From Marmoricola sp. (GTDB lineage: Bacteria > Actinomycetota > Actinomycetes > Propionibacteriales > Nocardioidaceae): a stretch of DNA of 55,077 nucleotides. Below the pieces are notes generated by a model. That model was not told where the DNA came from. It made no database searches and worked only from the letters and a program-made list of their open reading frames with translations. Each line of letters opens with the position of its first letter. Within the stretch, counting starts at the first letter, position 1. The translations under genes and the position numbers were made by a program. The DNA lies in assembly GCA_030151765.1 (NCBI GenBank), contig JASLCW010000020.1:1-55077 (forward strand), written 5' to 3'. Below are positions 28,236 through 38,657 of this stretch, one piece after another.

Positions 28236-29409
28236 GGGCCTGCCGCTGTTGCCGGAATTCGCCCGCACCGACGAGGAGCGCGCCCTGGCCGATGCCGTCG
28301 GCCATTACCTCGACCGTGAGCTTCCGGACGATCGGGTGCTGGCCTACGACGAAGCACGCGATTTCCCGGTCGAGCTCTGGCGCGGCCTGTCCCAGCTGAG
28401 CCTGCTCGGGATCGGCATCCCGGAGAGCATGGGCGGTTCCGGGGGCGGTGCGGCCGAGAGTTTCATCGTGACATCGGAGATCGCTCGCCGTTTCCCGTCG
28501 CTGGCCACGGACTACGTTCTGGCGGCAATGACCGCTCGCACCTACGTCGAGCATGGATCGCCGGAGCAGCAGAAGCTGCTCGAGGGATTCGCTGCGGGCG
28601 AGGTGATCTGCTCGTTCGGGATCTCCGAGCCCGACGGAGGCACCGATGCCCTGGCGCTGCGCACCCGCGCCCGCGAGACCGAAGGCGAGTGGCGCATCAC
28701 GGGGCGCAAGCAGTGGATCTCGATGGCGCACCATGCCGACCACATCCTGTTGTTGGCGCGAACCGACGAGCCTGATGATCCGAGCCGCCGAGCCCGGGGG
28801 ATCTCGCTGATCCAGGTTCCGATGGATCAGCCCGGTGTCACCGTGCGGCGAATCCCGCTCGCCGGCATGCGGGCCGCGGGTAGCTGCGAGGTCGTCTTCG
28901 ACGACGCGGTGGCTCCGCTCGACAATCTGGTCGGTGAGCGTGGGCGTGGCTTCCACGGCCTGCGAGCGTCGCTGGCAATCGAAAGGGTGCTGTCCGCCGG
29001 GATCAGCAACGGCATCGGTCGGCAGGCCATCGACCTGGCGCTCGCCTATGCGCGTGAGCGCGAGGCATTCGGCAGGCCGATCGGCGAGTTCCAGGCGGTT
29101 CAGCACCGGCTGGTCGACGCGGTTGCCGCGGTCACGGCGGCGCAGCTCCTGATCGAGCGGGTGGTCAGGGCGATCGACGACGGCGTCGAGGCCACCGCTG
29201 CCGCGACGCTGTCCAAGACGTACGCGGCGGAGGCGACGGCACAGGCCGTCGACGTCGGCATGCGCACGATGGCTGCGATGGGATTGGCCGCGGAGAGCCG
29301 GATGCAGATGCTCTTCCGTGACGCCCGCCTCCAGCTGTTCAGCCCGGTGAGCAATGAGATGGGCCGCAATCTCTCGGGCGAGGCCTTGGGCCTCGGCAGG
29401 AGCTACTAA
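28216..29409 (+). CDS. Acyl-CoA dehydrogenase family
   Basis: FGISEPDGGTD, GRKQWIS, REAFGRPIGEFQAVQH, PVSNEM. Confidence 0.92.
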   Translation: MSAHLSEGLPLLPEFARTDEERALADAVGHYLDRELPDDRVLAYDEARDFPVELWRGLSQLSLLGIGIPESMGGSGGGAAESFIVTSEIARRFPSLATDYVLAAMTARTYVEHGSPEQQKLLEGFAAGEVICSFGISEPDGGTDALALRTRARETEGEWRITGRKQWISMAHHADHILLLARTDEPDDPSRRARGISLIQVPMDQPGVTVRRIPLAGMRAAGSCEVVFDDAVAPLDNLVGERGRGFHGLRASLAIERVLSAGISNGIGRQAIDLALAYAREREAFGRPIGEFQAVQHRLVDAVAAVTAAQLLIERVVRAIDDGVEATAAATLSKTYAAEATAQAVDVGMRTMAAMGLAAESRMQMLFRDARLQLFSPVSNEMGRNLSGEALGLGRSY

Positions 29410-29810
29410 TGGATTCGGTCACGACGCCGTCGGTACAGATCACCGAGGACCTGATCGAGACGCTGGTGGGGGCCGGTGGCTACACCCACTCGCTGTTTCG
29501 TGCCGGTGACCCGGCGCGGCGACCGCTTCCAGGACAGGCGGTTCTGCTGCTCATGGGTGGTTTGGTCGAACAGTCCGGCGTGCTCGACCATGCGGTCGCG
29601 CTCCTGGAGATGCGGAGTGTCCGGTTCAATGCGATGGTCCGTCCAGGCACTCGTCTGCGTGTCGAGGTCGATGGTGCCGCTCCCGAGCCGACGCGCGAGG
29701 GACGGGCGCGGCAGTGGTTGACGTGGACGGCGTACGACGAAGAAATGGTGGTGGCCGAGGCCGAAGTGCTGATGCTGGTCCGAGCTGCCGATGAAGGAGG
29801 TGGACGATGA
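29409..29810 (+). CDS. Hotdog-fold (MaoC-like) protein
   Basis: AGGYTHSLF, LPGQ, VRFNAMVRPGTRL; coupled to both neighbours. Confidence 0.6.
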   Translation: MDSVTTPSVQITEDLIETLVGAGGYTHSLFRAGDPARRPLPGQAVLLLMGGLVEQSGVLDHAVALLEMRSVRFNAMVRPGTRLRVEVDGAAPEPTREGRARQWLTWTAYDEEMVVAEAEVLMLVRAADEGGGR

Positions 29811-31345
29811 GCGGAGCCCCGCTCAACATGGCCGCGGGTATCCGGGAGTTCGGGAGATCGCGATCGGGTGCCCTTGCGGTGCGTGACGGTGACCGGTCGC
29901 TGACCTTCGCCGCTCTCGACGCACGATCGAGCAGGCTGGCCTCCGGCTTGCTCGCGAGCGGACTCCGGCCCGGCCAGCCGGTGGCAGTGCTGTCAGCCAA
30001 CCGGATGGAATTCTTCGAGATCGGCGCCGCTCTGGCCAAGGCGGGCTTGCCCATGGTGCCGCTCAACAGCCGCAACAAGGAGTCCGAGAACCGCTACATC
30101 ATCGAGCACTCTGAGGCACAGGCCTTGATCCTCGACGATGAGCTCGCCGCCAATGTCGATGGCCTGCTGGAGGAAATGGAGCTGGTCCTCAGCTTCGCCG
30201 GACTGGCCGGACGCGACTACGAGTCCTTCCTCGAGGAGGCTCCCGAGCGCGACCCTCGCATCGACGTTGACGAGCTAGACGTGTTCGCGATCTCCTACAC
30301 GTCGGGCACGACTGGTCAGCCCAAGGGCGTGCTGCTCACGCACCGCGGCCGCGTGCTGACGGCATACGCCGCCGCGATGGAATGGGGGCTCGGGCCCGGC
30401 CGGCAGACGATGGCCGTCGCCCCGATGTACCACGGTGCCGGGTTCTCCTTCGCCTACGCCGGGCCACAGGTCGGTGCTTGTGCGACGGTCTTGCGTTCCT
30501 GGGATCCCGAGGAGTTCCTCCGCGGTCTGGAACGGGACCGGGTCAGCTCGGTGTTCCTGGTTCCTACTCACGCCCAGCAGATCCGCAGGCTGCACGAGGA
30601 TCCGTCCAGCGCCTTCGATCTCTCTGCCCTGGACACGCTCTACTTCAACGCCGCGGCGCTACCGGTAGCGCTCAAGGAGTGGGTGCATGAGGCATTTCCG
30701 GGGGTCGGCGTGCACGAACTCTACGGATCCACGGAGTGTTCGGTGGTCACTGACCTGCGGCCCGAGGACTCCCTGCGAAAGCCTGGAAGTGTCGGCCACC
30801 CCTGGTTCATGAGCGAGCTGCGGTTGCTCGATGACGACGGCCGGTCGGTGCCGCCGGGAGAGCCCGGCGAGTTGTTCGCGCGGTCGCCGATGCTGATGAA
30901 GGGCTACCTCAAGAATCCGGAGGCCACCTCGCAGGCATTCACCGAGGACGGCTTCGTAACCGTCGGCGACATCGCCGTCGCCGACGAAGAGGGCTTCATC
31001 TCGATCGTGGACCGCAAGAAGGACATGATCATCGCGGGTGGGGTGAACATCTTCCCCCGCGAGATCGAGGAGGTGCTGGCCCGGCACCCGCAGGTCGATG
31101 AGGTGGCCGTGGTCGGGCTTCCCGACGAGGTCTACGGTGAGCGGGTCACAGCCTTTGTGGTCGCGCGCCGCGGTGCGGCTGTGGACATCGCCGCGCTGGA
31201 CGAGTTCGTGAAGAATGGCATCGCTTCGTACAAGCGACCGCGAGAATGGCACGTGGTCAGTGAGCTTCCGCGCAATGCAAGCGGGAAGATCCTCAAGCGG
31301 GCCCTGCGCGATCGGCCGGTCGCACTGAAGCACACCACGTCCTGA
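29807..31345 (+). CDS. Acyl-CoA synthetase / AMP-binding enzyme
   Basis: YTSGTTGQPKG, ELYGSTE, TVGD, DRKKDMII, PRNASGKI. Confidence 0.95.
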   Translation: MSGAPLNMAAGIREFGRSRSGALAVRDGDRSLTFAALDARSSRLASGLLASGLRPGQPVAVLSANRMEFFEIGAALAKAGLPMVPLNSRNKESENRYIIEHSEAQALILDDELAANVDGLLEEMELVLSFAGLAGRDYESFLEEAPERDPRIDVDELDVFAISYTSGTTGQPKGVLLTHRGRVLTAYAAAMEWGLGPGRQTMAVAPMYHGAGFSFAYAGPQVGACATVLRSWDPEEFLRGLERDRVSSVFLVPTHAQQIRRLHEDPSSAFDLSALDTLYFNAAALPVALKEWVHEAFPGVGVHELYGSTECSVVTDLRPEDSLRKPGSVGHPWFMSELRLLDDDGRSVPPGEPGELFARSPMLMKGYLKNPEATSQAFTEDGFVTVGDIAVADEEGFISIVDRKKDMIIAGGVNIFPREIEEVLARHPQVDEVAVVGLPDEVYGERVTAFVVARRGAAVDIAALDEFVKNGIASYKRPREWHVVSELPRNASGKILKRALRDRPVALKHTTS

Positions 31346-31366
31346 ACGACCTCGAAGGAGATCGAT

Positions 31367-32131
31367 GTGAGCGAAGACCGGGATGTTCCAGCACTCGCAA
31401 GGGTCGAGACCTCCGCTGACGGCAGTCCGCTGGAAGTGAGCCGTGTGCGACCGGCATACCAACAGGTTGCCGATCAATTGCTAGACCTGATCCTGAGCGG
31501 CCAGCTCGCCGCGGGTGACCGGCTACCTCCCGAGGCGGAACTCGCCGCCAGCTTCGGAGTCAGCCGGAGCACGGTTCGCGAAGCCTTGCGGTCGCTGGCC
31601 TCGCGGGATCTCGTCGAGACCACCAGGGGCACCACCGGCGGAACATTCGTACGACGGGTCGAGGTGGGCCAGGTGCGCGAGTACTTGGAGATGTCCATCG
31701 GCCTGATGTGGGGCTCCGATGCGATCACGGTGAGCGAGATGCTCGAGGCACGTGAGGTCCTGGAGGTGCCCGCGGCCCGTAAGGCGGCGGAGCGTCGCGA
31801 GGACGAACACGTCACCGAGTTGTGGGATGCGATCGAGCGCGAGACCCGCAGCCGGGGACGCAATGTCAAATTCCGCGAGCACCGTAACTTCCACGGCGTG
31901 ATCGTGCAGGCTGCCGGCAATGGTCTGCTGGAACTGATGACCGACCCGGTCTTCCGAGTGCTGCAGACCAAGTTCCTCGATCCCGAGGTTCCCCCTGACT
32001 TCTGGGCCTTGGTCGACGACGATCACCGCACGATCACGGAGGCGATCCGGGACCGTGACGGTGATGCCGCCGCCGCAGCGATGCGCGATCACCTGGGCCG
32101 GTTGCGGGACGTGTATCGCGATCCGCGCTAA
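31367..32131 (+). CDS. FadR/GntR-family transcriptional regulator
   Basis: GDRLPPEAELAASFGVSRSTVREALRSL wHTH; FCD domain (NFH...AAGN...H...MRDHL). Confidence 0.95.
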   Translation: MSEDRDVPALARVETSADGSPLEVSRVRPAYQQVADQLLDLILSGQLAAGDRLPPEAELAASFGVSRSTVREALRSLASRDLVETTRGTTGGTFVRRVEVGQVREYLEMSIGLMWGSDAITVSEMLEAREVLEVPAARKAAERREDEHVTELWDAIERETRSRGRNVKFREHRNFHGVIVQAAGNGLLELMTDPVFRVLQTKFLDPEVPPDFWALVDDDHRTITEAIRDRDGDAAAAAMRDHLGRLRDVYRDPR

Positions 32132-32233
32132 GGACGACTCGGCCACGCAAACTGTCCGTCCGCGAATCTTGTTGAATACATCTGAAGTTTAAAAACCCCT
32201 GCTCAACAAGCCTAAATCTCTGATCCGCAAGCA

Positions 32234-32262
32234 TTGACGACGATATGTCAGACATATAAGCT
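32234..32262 (+). promoter_or_regulatory. Housekeeping-type promoter with perfect operator ATATGTCAGACATAT in the spacer
   Basis: TTGACG (32234) - 17 bp - TAAGCT (32257); dyad at 32243-32257. Confidence 0.75.
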
Positions 32263-32270
32263 GTAGTGAC

Positions 32271-32834
32271 ATGACTCGGATTGCGGAAGGGGCAGACGTG
32301 ATGACGGTGCGAGAGGGCTGGAGCGGCCGATTCTTCGAGGACTTCGAGGTGGGAGACGTTTACCAGCACCCACTCGGACGCACAGTCAGCGAGACCGACA
32401 ACACCTGGTTCACGTTGCTGACCATGAACACCAACCAGATGCACTTCAATACCGAGTACGCCGCGCGATCGGAGTTCGGTCGTCCACTGGTGGTGTCCAC
32501 CCTGACCGTGGCCATCGCTGTCGGTCAGAGCGTCACCGACCTGACCCAGAATGCCTTCGCAAACCTGGGCTGGGACGACATCCGGATGACTCACCCGGTA
32601 TTCGCCGGCGACACGCTCTTCAGCGAGTCGCTCGTCGTGGAGAAGCGTGAGTCGGACAGCAGGCCGCACGCCGGCATCGTGACGGTGCGTACCCGGACCC
32701 TCAACCAGGAGGGCGCTGAGGTCTGTTCCTTCCTGCGAACCTTCTACGTCTACAGGCGAGGCGCCGAGCAGCTTAAGGGGATCTTTCCTGAGGGCAAGGT
32801 GCCGTTGACGCCGGAGGCGGAGGCTGAGCGATGA
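32271..32834 (+). CDS. MaoC-family dehydratase
   Basis: GRFFEDFEVGD, GRTVSETDN, MNTNQMHFN, PVFAGDTL. Start may instead be 32298/32301, after GAAGGGG. Confidence 0.9.
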   Translation: MTRIAEGADVMTVREGWSGRFFEDFEVGDVYQHPLGRTVSETDNTWFTLLTMNTNQMHFNTEYAARSEFGRPLVVSTLTVAIAVGQSVTDLTQNAFANLGWDDIRMTHPVFAGDTLFSESLVVEKRESDSRPHAGIVTVRTRTLNQEGAEVCSFLRTFYVYRRGAEQLKGIFPEGKVPLTPEAEAER

Positions 32835-33868
32835 CGCTGAGGATCACCTATCAGCCCTGGGGCGAGACTCTCGCCGAGCTGGTGGATGCTGGGAGGCGGG
32901 CAGAGGAGGCCGGGGCCGAGACTCTCTGGGTCTCCGAACTGCACCGCAGCGCCACTGGCACCGCCGCGGCCCTGGCTGCCGGCACCGAGCGGGCGCGGAT
33001 CGGCACCAGCATCCTGTTGGCATTCACGCGCAGCCCGATGGTGACCGCCCTGGAGGCGCTGGACCTCGATGAGCTCAGCGGGGGCCGCTTCGTCCTCGGC
33101 ATGGGATCGGGCGTCCAGCGGCTCAACGAGGACTGGCACAACGTCACCTTCGGCAAGCCGATCCCACACCTGCGCGAGGTCGTGCGCAATGTCCGGTTGT
33201 TCTGGGAGGCATGTCACACCGGCGACCCGATCGTTGCCGAGGGTGAGTGGGAGCCGATGCGCATTCGCGGCTACGAGCGTCCGTTCCGGGCGGTGCGTAG
33301 CGACGTGCCCGTCTACCTCGCCGCGATGGGGCCGTTGATGACCCGCCTTGCGGGGGAGATCGGCCAGGGCTGGATCAGCCACGAGCTGTGCTCGCCTGCC
33401 TACCTCGCCGAGCAGGTGCTGCCCGATCTCGAAGCTGGGATCAGGCGTGCGGAGGGAAAGCGCCGCGAGGATTTCGATGCCGTCGTCTCGGCCTGCTGCT
33501 CGGTGTCCGACGACCTGTCCCTGGCTCGTCGCCGAGCGGCCGGCCTGGTCGGCTTCTATGCGACGGTGCGCACGTACGCTGACTTCTTCGCCTTCCACGA
33601 CCTGGCCGAAGACCAACAGCGAGTCATCGACGCCTTCCGTACTGGGGCGGGGGCCGACCACCTCGGCGACGTCGTCAGCGACCGCATGGTGGATGCGCTG
33701 ACTCTGGCCGGGTCCCGCGACGAGATCGCGACGCGCATCGCCGCCTACGACGGGATTGCTGACGCCGTGAAGCTGAGCCCACCGACCCACGGGCTCGGTG
33801 CGGCTGACACGCGGGCCGCCCAGGAGGAAATCCTCGCCATGATCCCCGATCTGACCGGAGTCCGTTGA
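32831..33868 (+). CDS. LLM-class flavin/F420-dependent oxidoreductase
   Basis: LWVSE, TRSPMVTA, LSGGRFVLGMG, PVYLAAMGP. Confidence 0.88.
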   Translation: MTLRITYQPWGETLAELVDAGRRAEEAGAETLWVSELHRSATGTAAALAAGTERARIGTSILLAFTRSPMVTALEALDLDELSGGRFVLGMGSGVQRLNEDWHNVTFGKPIPHLREVVRNVRLFWEACHTGDPIVAEGEWEPMRIRGYERPFRAVRSDVPVYLAAMGPLMTRLAGEIGQGWISHELCSPAYLAEQVLPDLEAGIRRAEGKRREDFDAVVSACCSVSDDLSLARRRAAGLVGFYATVRTYADFFAFHDLAEDQQRVIDAFRTGAGADHLGDVVSDRMVDALTLAGSRDEIATRIAAYDGIADAVKLSPPTHGLGAADTRAAQEEILAMIPDLTGVR

Positions 33869-35136
33869 TGAGCCAGAACCGCAAACCGCTTGCCGACCTG
33901 CGCATCGTCGCCGTGGAGCAGTACGGTGCCGGTCCCTTCGGCAGCATGCATCTCGCCGATCTCGGGGCCGAGGTGATCAAGATCGAGGATCCCCGGGCCG
34001 GGGGAGATGTCGGCCGCTATGTCCCGCCCTACGGTGAGGGCGAGGACTCGCTGTTCTTCGAGACTTTCAACCGCAACAAGCGATCGCTGTCGCTCGACCT
34101 GACGACCCCGGCTGGTCGCTCGGTCTTCGAGGAGTTGGTCAAGGTCAGCGATGTCGTCTACTCGAACCTCCGTGGCGACGTACCGGCGAAGATCGGCATC
34201 ACCTACGACGATCTCAAGCACCTCAACCCCCGGATCGTGTGTGTGTCGCTGACCGGCTTCGGCATGACCGGGCCGCGACAGAAGGAGCCGGGCTACGACT
34301 ACGTCCTGCAGGGCCTCGCCGGATGGATGAACCTCACCGGCGAGCCGGACGGACCTCCCACGAAATCCGGACTGAGCATGGTGGATTACTCGGGCGGCTT
34401 CGTGGCGGCCATCTCGTTGCTGGCCGGGGTCCACGCGGCGCGGAGGGACGGGGTCGGCATGGATTGCGATGTGAGCCTCTACGACACCGCGGTGTCGCTG
34501 CTCACCTATCCCGCCACCTGGCACTTGAACGCCGGCTACGAACCGGCCCGGACCCGGCACTCCGCACACCCGTCGCTGGTGCCCTTCCAGGCATTCGCGG
34601 CCAAAGACGGCTGGATGGTGGTCGGGTGTGCCAAGGAGAAGTTCTGGCAGCGCCTCGCGGTGGTCGTCGGTCATCCCGAGTGGGCTGGCGAGGACTCGCC
34701 CTATGCCACCTTCGGGCAGCGGCAGCAGCACAGCGAGCAGCTGCTCGCCCAGCTGGAGGAGATCTTCCTGGAGCGCACTGTCGACGAATGGCTGAAAGAG
34801 TGTTACGCCGCGTCCATCCCGTGCGGTCCGATCAACGACGTTCCCGCGGCTCTACGCGAGGAGCACACCAAGGCGCGCAACCTGGTCGTCACCACCGAGC
34901 ACCCCCGCTTCGGCACGGTGGAGCAACTCGCCTCGCCGGTTCGCGTAGGCGATGAACCGCCGACATACCGCCGGGCGCCGCAGCGCAACGAAGACCTCGA
35001 CTATGTCACGCGCGAGCTGCTCTCTCTCGATGACGCGGCGATCACCGATCTCGGGACACGGGGAGCTTTCGGAGAGGCGGCGCCGACTCTGCCGCAGGAC
35101 GATGAGATCCACGAGTCGGAGGCCGCCGGCCGATGA
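33868..35136 (+). CDS. CaiB/BaiF family III CoA-transferase
   Basis: AGPFGSMHLADLGAEVIKIE, NRNKRSLSLDL, GFGMTGP, PGYD, SMVD. Confidence 0.95.
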   Translation: MSQNRKPLADLRIVAVEQYGAGPFGSMHLADLGAEVIKIEDPRAGGDVGRYVPPYGEGEDSLFFETFNRNKRSLSLDLTTPAGRSVFEELVKVSDVVYSNLRGDVPAKIGITYDDLKHLNPRIVCVSLTGFGMTGPRQKEPGYDYVLQGLAGWMNLTGEPDGPPTKSGLSMVDYSGGFVAAISLLAGVHAARRDGVGMDCDVSLYDTAVSLLTYPATWHLNAGYEPARTRHSAHPSLVPFQAFAAKDGWMVVGCAKEKFWQRLAVVVGHPEWAGEDSPYATFGQRQQHSEQLLAQLEEIFLERTVDEWLKECYAASIPCGPINDVPAALREEHTKARNLVVTTEHPRFGTVEQLASPVRVGDEPPTYRRAPQRNEDLDYVTRELLSLDDAAITDLGTRGAFGEAAPTLPQDDEIHESEAAGR

Positions 35137-36494
35137 TCGCGGAGGAATTGGCCGATTGGGTCACCGGGGCCGTAGGGGTTCCCGAGCCAGTGGCTGCATG
35201 TGCCAAGCGACACCTCCTCGACGGCTTTGGGGTGGCACTCGCGGCGACGCGACTCGGCGCGGCGGACCCCGCGGTTGCGGTAGCGAACGGCATCGGTGGT
35301 CCGCCCGAGGCGGCGATCATCGGTAACGGCACCAGGGTGGGCGCTGCCGCTGCGGCACTGGCCAATGGCACACAGGTGCACGCGCTCGACTTCGATGACA
35401 CCCATGCCGGTGGCTTGGTGCACGCAACTGCCGTGGTGCTGCCGGCGGCCTTCGCGGTCGGTCAGGAGCGTGGCCGGACCGGCGCCGAGGTACTCGAGGC
35501 CGCGGTGGTGGGCTATGAGATCGCCTGCCGGGTCGCCGCTGCCGCTCCTCACGGATTCCATGCCCGCGGGCTGCACGCGACCATGGTGGCGGGAGTCTTC
35601 TCCTCGAGCGCCATCGCCGCCAGGCTGATGGGCCTGTCGCCGGCTCAGACCGTCGATGCTCTGGGCATTGCGGGCAGTCAGGCCGGGGGTCTACTGGCCT
35701 TCCTGGGTACCGGAGCCTCCACCAAGCAGCTCCATCCCGGCCTTGCCTCACAGGCGGGAATACTGGCCGCGCGGCTGGCCGCTGCGGGTGCCACCGGCCC
35801 CGAAACCGTCTTCGACGGTCCACACTCGGTCTTCGACGCACTCGCAGCAAAACCTGTCGACCCCGGTTCGATCCTCGACGGCCTGGGTTCGCGCTGGGAG
35901 ACCGAGCGGATCGGGATCAAGCCCTACCCGGTGTGCCAGCTGAGCCATGCCACCCTCGACGCGGTTGCGGCGGCCCGGATCGAGAATCCGTTCGTGGCGG
36001 ATGATGTCGAGCGCATCGACGCGGACGTGCACCCGGACTCGGCTCCGATCGTGTGCGACACGTCTCGGGATCTGGCTCGACCGGCGTCGGCGTACGCCGC
36101 GAAGTTCTCGCTGCCGTGGTGCGTGGCTGCCCTCGTGCACGACGGTGCCCTAGGCCTGGACGCATTCGAGTCCGACCAGCTTGCCCGACGTGAGGTCGTC
36201 GACCTGGCGAGTCGGGTGACCTGGCGGCTCACGGAGGGTGGTGGCCCTGCAGCGGACGCAGCGGGGAAGGTCCGCCTGACTCTCGCCGGAGGCCGCACGG
36301 TCGAGGGCGCGGTGACGCGCAGCGGTGGTGGCCCCGACCGGCCGCTCACCCGGGACCAAATTCTGGCCAAGGCCGTCGAGAACGGCGGCCCTCGCGCCCA
36401 GGTCGTCGCCGATCTCCTCGACCGTCTCGACGAGCTCGACACCGTCGACTCGGTGCTCGATGCCACCTGCCACACACAGCCCGACGCGTCCTGA
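35133..36494 (+). CDS. MmgE/PrpD family protein
   Basis: ANGTQVHALDFDDTH, VGYE, GLHAT, IKPYPVC, AKFSLP. Confidence 0.92.
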   Translation: MIAEELADWVTGAVGVPEPVAACAKRHLLDGFGVALAATRLGAADPAVAVANGIGGPPEAAIIGNGTRVGAAAAALANGTQVHALDFDDTHAGGLVHATAVVLPAAFAVGQERGRTGAEVLEAAVVGYEIACRVAAAAPHGFHARGLHATMVAGVFSSSAIAARLMGLSPAQTVDALGIAGSQAGGLLAFLGTGASTKQLHPGLASQAGILAARLAAAGATGPETVFDGPHSVFDALAAKPVDPGSILDGLGSRWETERIGIKPYPVCQLSHATLDAVAAARIENPFVADDVERIDADVHPDSAPIVCDTSRDLARPASAYAAKFSLPWCVAALVHDGALGLDAFESDQLARREVVDLASRVTWRLTEGGGPAADAAGKVRLTLAGGRTVEGAVTRSGGGPDRPLTRDQILAKAVENGGPRAQVVADLLDRLDELDTVDSVLDATCHTQPDAS

Positions 36495-36517
36495 CCCACG
36501 TGAGAGAAAGGCCCTCG

Positions 36518-37729
36518 ATGACCCTGCAAGCAATTCGACCCGAAGAGTTCCCCTGGTTCCCTTATGAAGGCTTCACGTTCTGTCTCGGTCTGAGCGAAGG
36601 TGATGCCGCATGGACCTCCGGCCACACCTCGGCCGCCTTCGACGAAGCCGTCGGCAAGATGACCGTCGGTGGTCCGATGGCGCAGCAGGCCCGCACGGCT
36701 TACGAGAAGGTCTTGGCCATCCTGGCGGCGGCTGGTTTCGGGCCGGAGGACGTCACCCGAGTCACTGAGAACGTCACGCTCTCGGGGTTGCCGCACTACG
36801 ACACCGCCGTCGAAGTGCGCACCAGTCTGTTCGGCGATCGGCCTACCGTGCGAACAGTCGTCGTTGAGCGACTGGTGAGATCAGCCGCCTTCCTCGAGGT
36901 CGAATTGCATGCCGTGCGTGGTGGCGGCAGAGCGTTCGTCGCGAGCAGTGCCTCCGGGCCGGCCGGCCGCCGGCCGGGCTCGGCCGTGACGGAGGGGCAC
37001 GACGGTCTGGTGTACCTACCGACGTTCGTACCGGTGGGTGCCGACGGCGAGGTCGTCGCACCGGGTGACCTGGCCGCACAATACGCCTGGTGCCTTGATC
37101 GCGCGGAGGAGGTTCTCGGGGCCGTCGACCTGTCCCTGGAACGGGTGGTCACGACCTATGACTACGTCACGCCGCAGAGTGGGCCCGGCCAAAGGGAGTC
37201 CGCGGAGACGGTGTGCCGGCAACGACTGGCACCTGACGGAGTCTTTCCTGCTGCCGGTCGCATCGAGATGAGTCGTCTGCACCGGGAGGGCGTGCTGGTG
37301 GCGGTCGATGTGACCGCGTCCCGGCACCAGCGTGAGCGGATCGACCCAGGATGGGCCGCCTACGACGGGATGACGCGATCTCCCGCTGTGCGTGCCGGCC
37401 GCGGTCTCTTCATGTCCGGGATGGCCGCTCGCGACACCGCCACCGGCGAGGTGCTGGCCACGGGCGACCTCGAGGGACAGGCCGAGGCGCTCTACGAGAA
37501 CATGGTCGGGCTCCTTGCCCACGAGGGACTCGGCCCCGTCGACCTGCTCGAGACGACGGAGTACTGCGTCGTTGAGGGGCTGCCCACCTATCGTGTCGTC
37601 GCGCCGGTGCGCGAGCGCTGGCTCAGCCCGCCGTGGCCGGCTTCGACCGGCGCCATGTGTCGCGGGTTGGACCAGCCCGGCCTGATGCTCGAGGTCTTCC
37701 CGAATGCGCTTTACGGGGAGGGCGCGTGA
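36518..37729 (+). CDS. Rid (YjgF/YER057c/UK114) family protein with three tandem domains
   Basis: Three roughly 130-aa units (SGH...QQARTAYE...LEVE; YLP...GDLAAQ...VDV; FMSG...GDLEGQ...PAST...LEV). Confidence 0.75.
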   Translation: MTLQAIRPEEFPWFPYEGFTFCLGLSEGDAAWTSGHTSAAFDEAVGKMTVGGPMAQQARTAYEKVLAILAAAGFGPEDVTRVTENVTLSGLPHYDTAVEVRTSLFGDRPTVRTVVVERLVRSAAFLEVELHAVRGGGRAFVASSASGPAGRRPGSAVTEGHDGLVYLPTFVPVGADGEVVAPGDLAAQYAWCLDRAEEVLGAVDLSLERVVTTYDYVTPQSGPGQRESAETVCRQRLAPDGVFPAAGRIEMSRLHREGVLVAVDVTASRHQRERIDPGWAAYDGMTRSPAVRAGRGLFMSGMAARDTATGEVLATGDLEGQAEALYENMVGLLAHEGLGPVDLLETTEYCVVEGLPTYRVVAPVRERWLSPPWPASTGAMCRGLDQPGLMLEVFPNALYGEGA

Positions 37730-38226
37730 CCCTGATGACGGAGGAGATCCGGGCGCTGGTCGGCAGCACCCGGGTGTACACGGCGCCGGAGCCCTTCGGT
37801 CGCGCAGCGGGCCGCTACTACGCGCTCGCGGTCGGTGATCGCAATCCCCTCTACACCGATGACGAGGCGGGTCGCGCGATGGGGCTCGGTGGCATCACCC
37901 TGCCGCCAACGCTGATCTGCGAGACCAACCAGTACGCCGATCTCCCCATGGACGATGAGGGATACGCCGGACACACCTGGCAGCTGGACATCCCGGGCAC
38001 ACGTCAGGTCAGAGGCGGAAATCGGTACACCTTTCACCGGCGGATCAGACCCGATGACGTGGTGACTGCGACCTGGGAGATCAGCGACATCGAGGACAAA
38101 GTCAATCGTGCCGGGGCCCCGATGCTCATCGTGCACTCGCGGGCGACGTACACCGCGGCCGACGGTGAGCCGCTCGCGGAGAACGAGGAAACGATCATCT
38201 TCGTGAGTCTGGAGGTTGGCTCATGA
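37726..38226 (+). CDS. MaoC N-terminal/FAS1-like dehydratase subunit
   Basis: YALAVGDRNPLY, LPPT, RGGNRYTFHRRIRPDD. Confidence 0.8.
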   Translation: MTLMTEEIRALVGSTRVYTAPEPFGRAAGRYYALAVGDRNPLYTDDEAGRAMGLGGITLPPTLICETNQYADLPMDDEGYAGHTWQLDIPGTRQVRGGNRYTFHRRIRPDDVVTATWEISDIEDKVNRAGAPMLIVHSRATYTAADGEPLAENEETIIFVSLEVGS

Positions 38227-38657
38227 GCAACCTGCCGTCGGTCGGAGACCCCGCGCCGACTCTGGAGAAGACTGTTACAACCGCCGACCTCATCGCCTAT
38301 GCCGGTGCCACCTGGGACTGGCATCGCATCCATTACGACCGTGAGTTCGTGGCGGAGAAGCGGCTGCCCGGGCCGATCGTCGACGGCCAGGTCTACGGAG
38401 CCTGGTTCGTCCAGTTGTTGCAGGACTGGCTAGGGCCCGCCTGCTTCGTCCAGACCCTGGAATTCTCCTTCCGCAACTTGATGTTCGCCGGTGAGACGCT
38501 GCGCTGTGAAGGAACCGTGAGTGTGGTCGAGGGCGATCGGGTGACCGTTGACCTCACGGCAACCATCCTCGGTCGTCCCGGCGAGCCGGACCGGATGGCC
38601 GCCGCGCCGGCACGTGCAGTGGTCATCGTGGGTCAAGCTGACGGGCCTGCGGCATGA
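38223..38657 (+). CDS. MaoC-family dehydratase subunit
   Basis: YAGATWDWHRIHYD hydratase motif; FAGETL. Confidence 0.85.
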   Translation: MSNLPSVGDPAPTLEKTVTTADLIAYAGATWDWHRIHYDREFVAEKRLPGPIVDGQVYGAWFVQLLQDWLGPACFVQTLEFSFRNLMFAGETLRCEGTVSVVEGDRVTVDLTATILGRPGEPDRMAAAPARAVVIVGQADGPAA

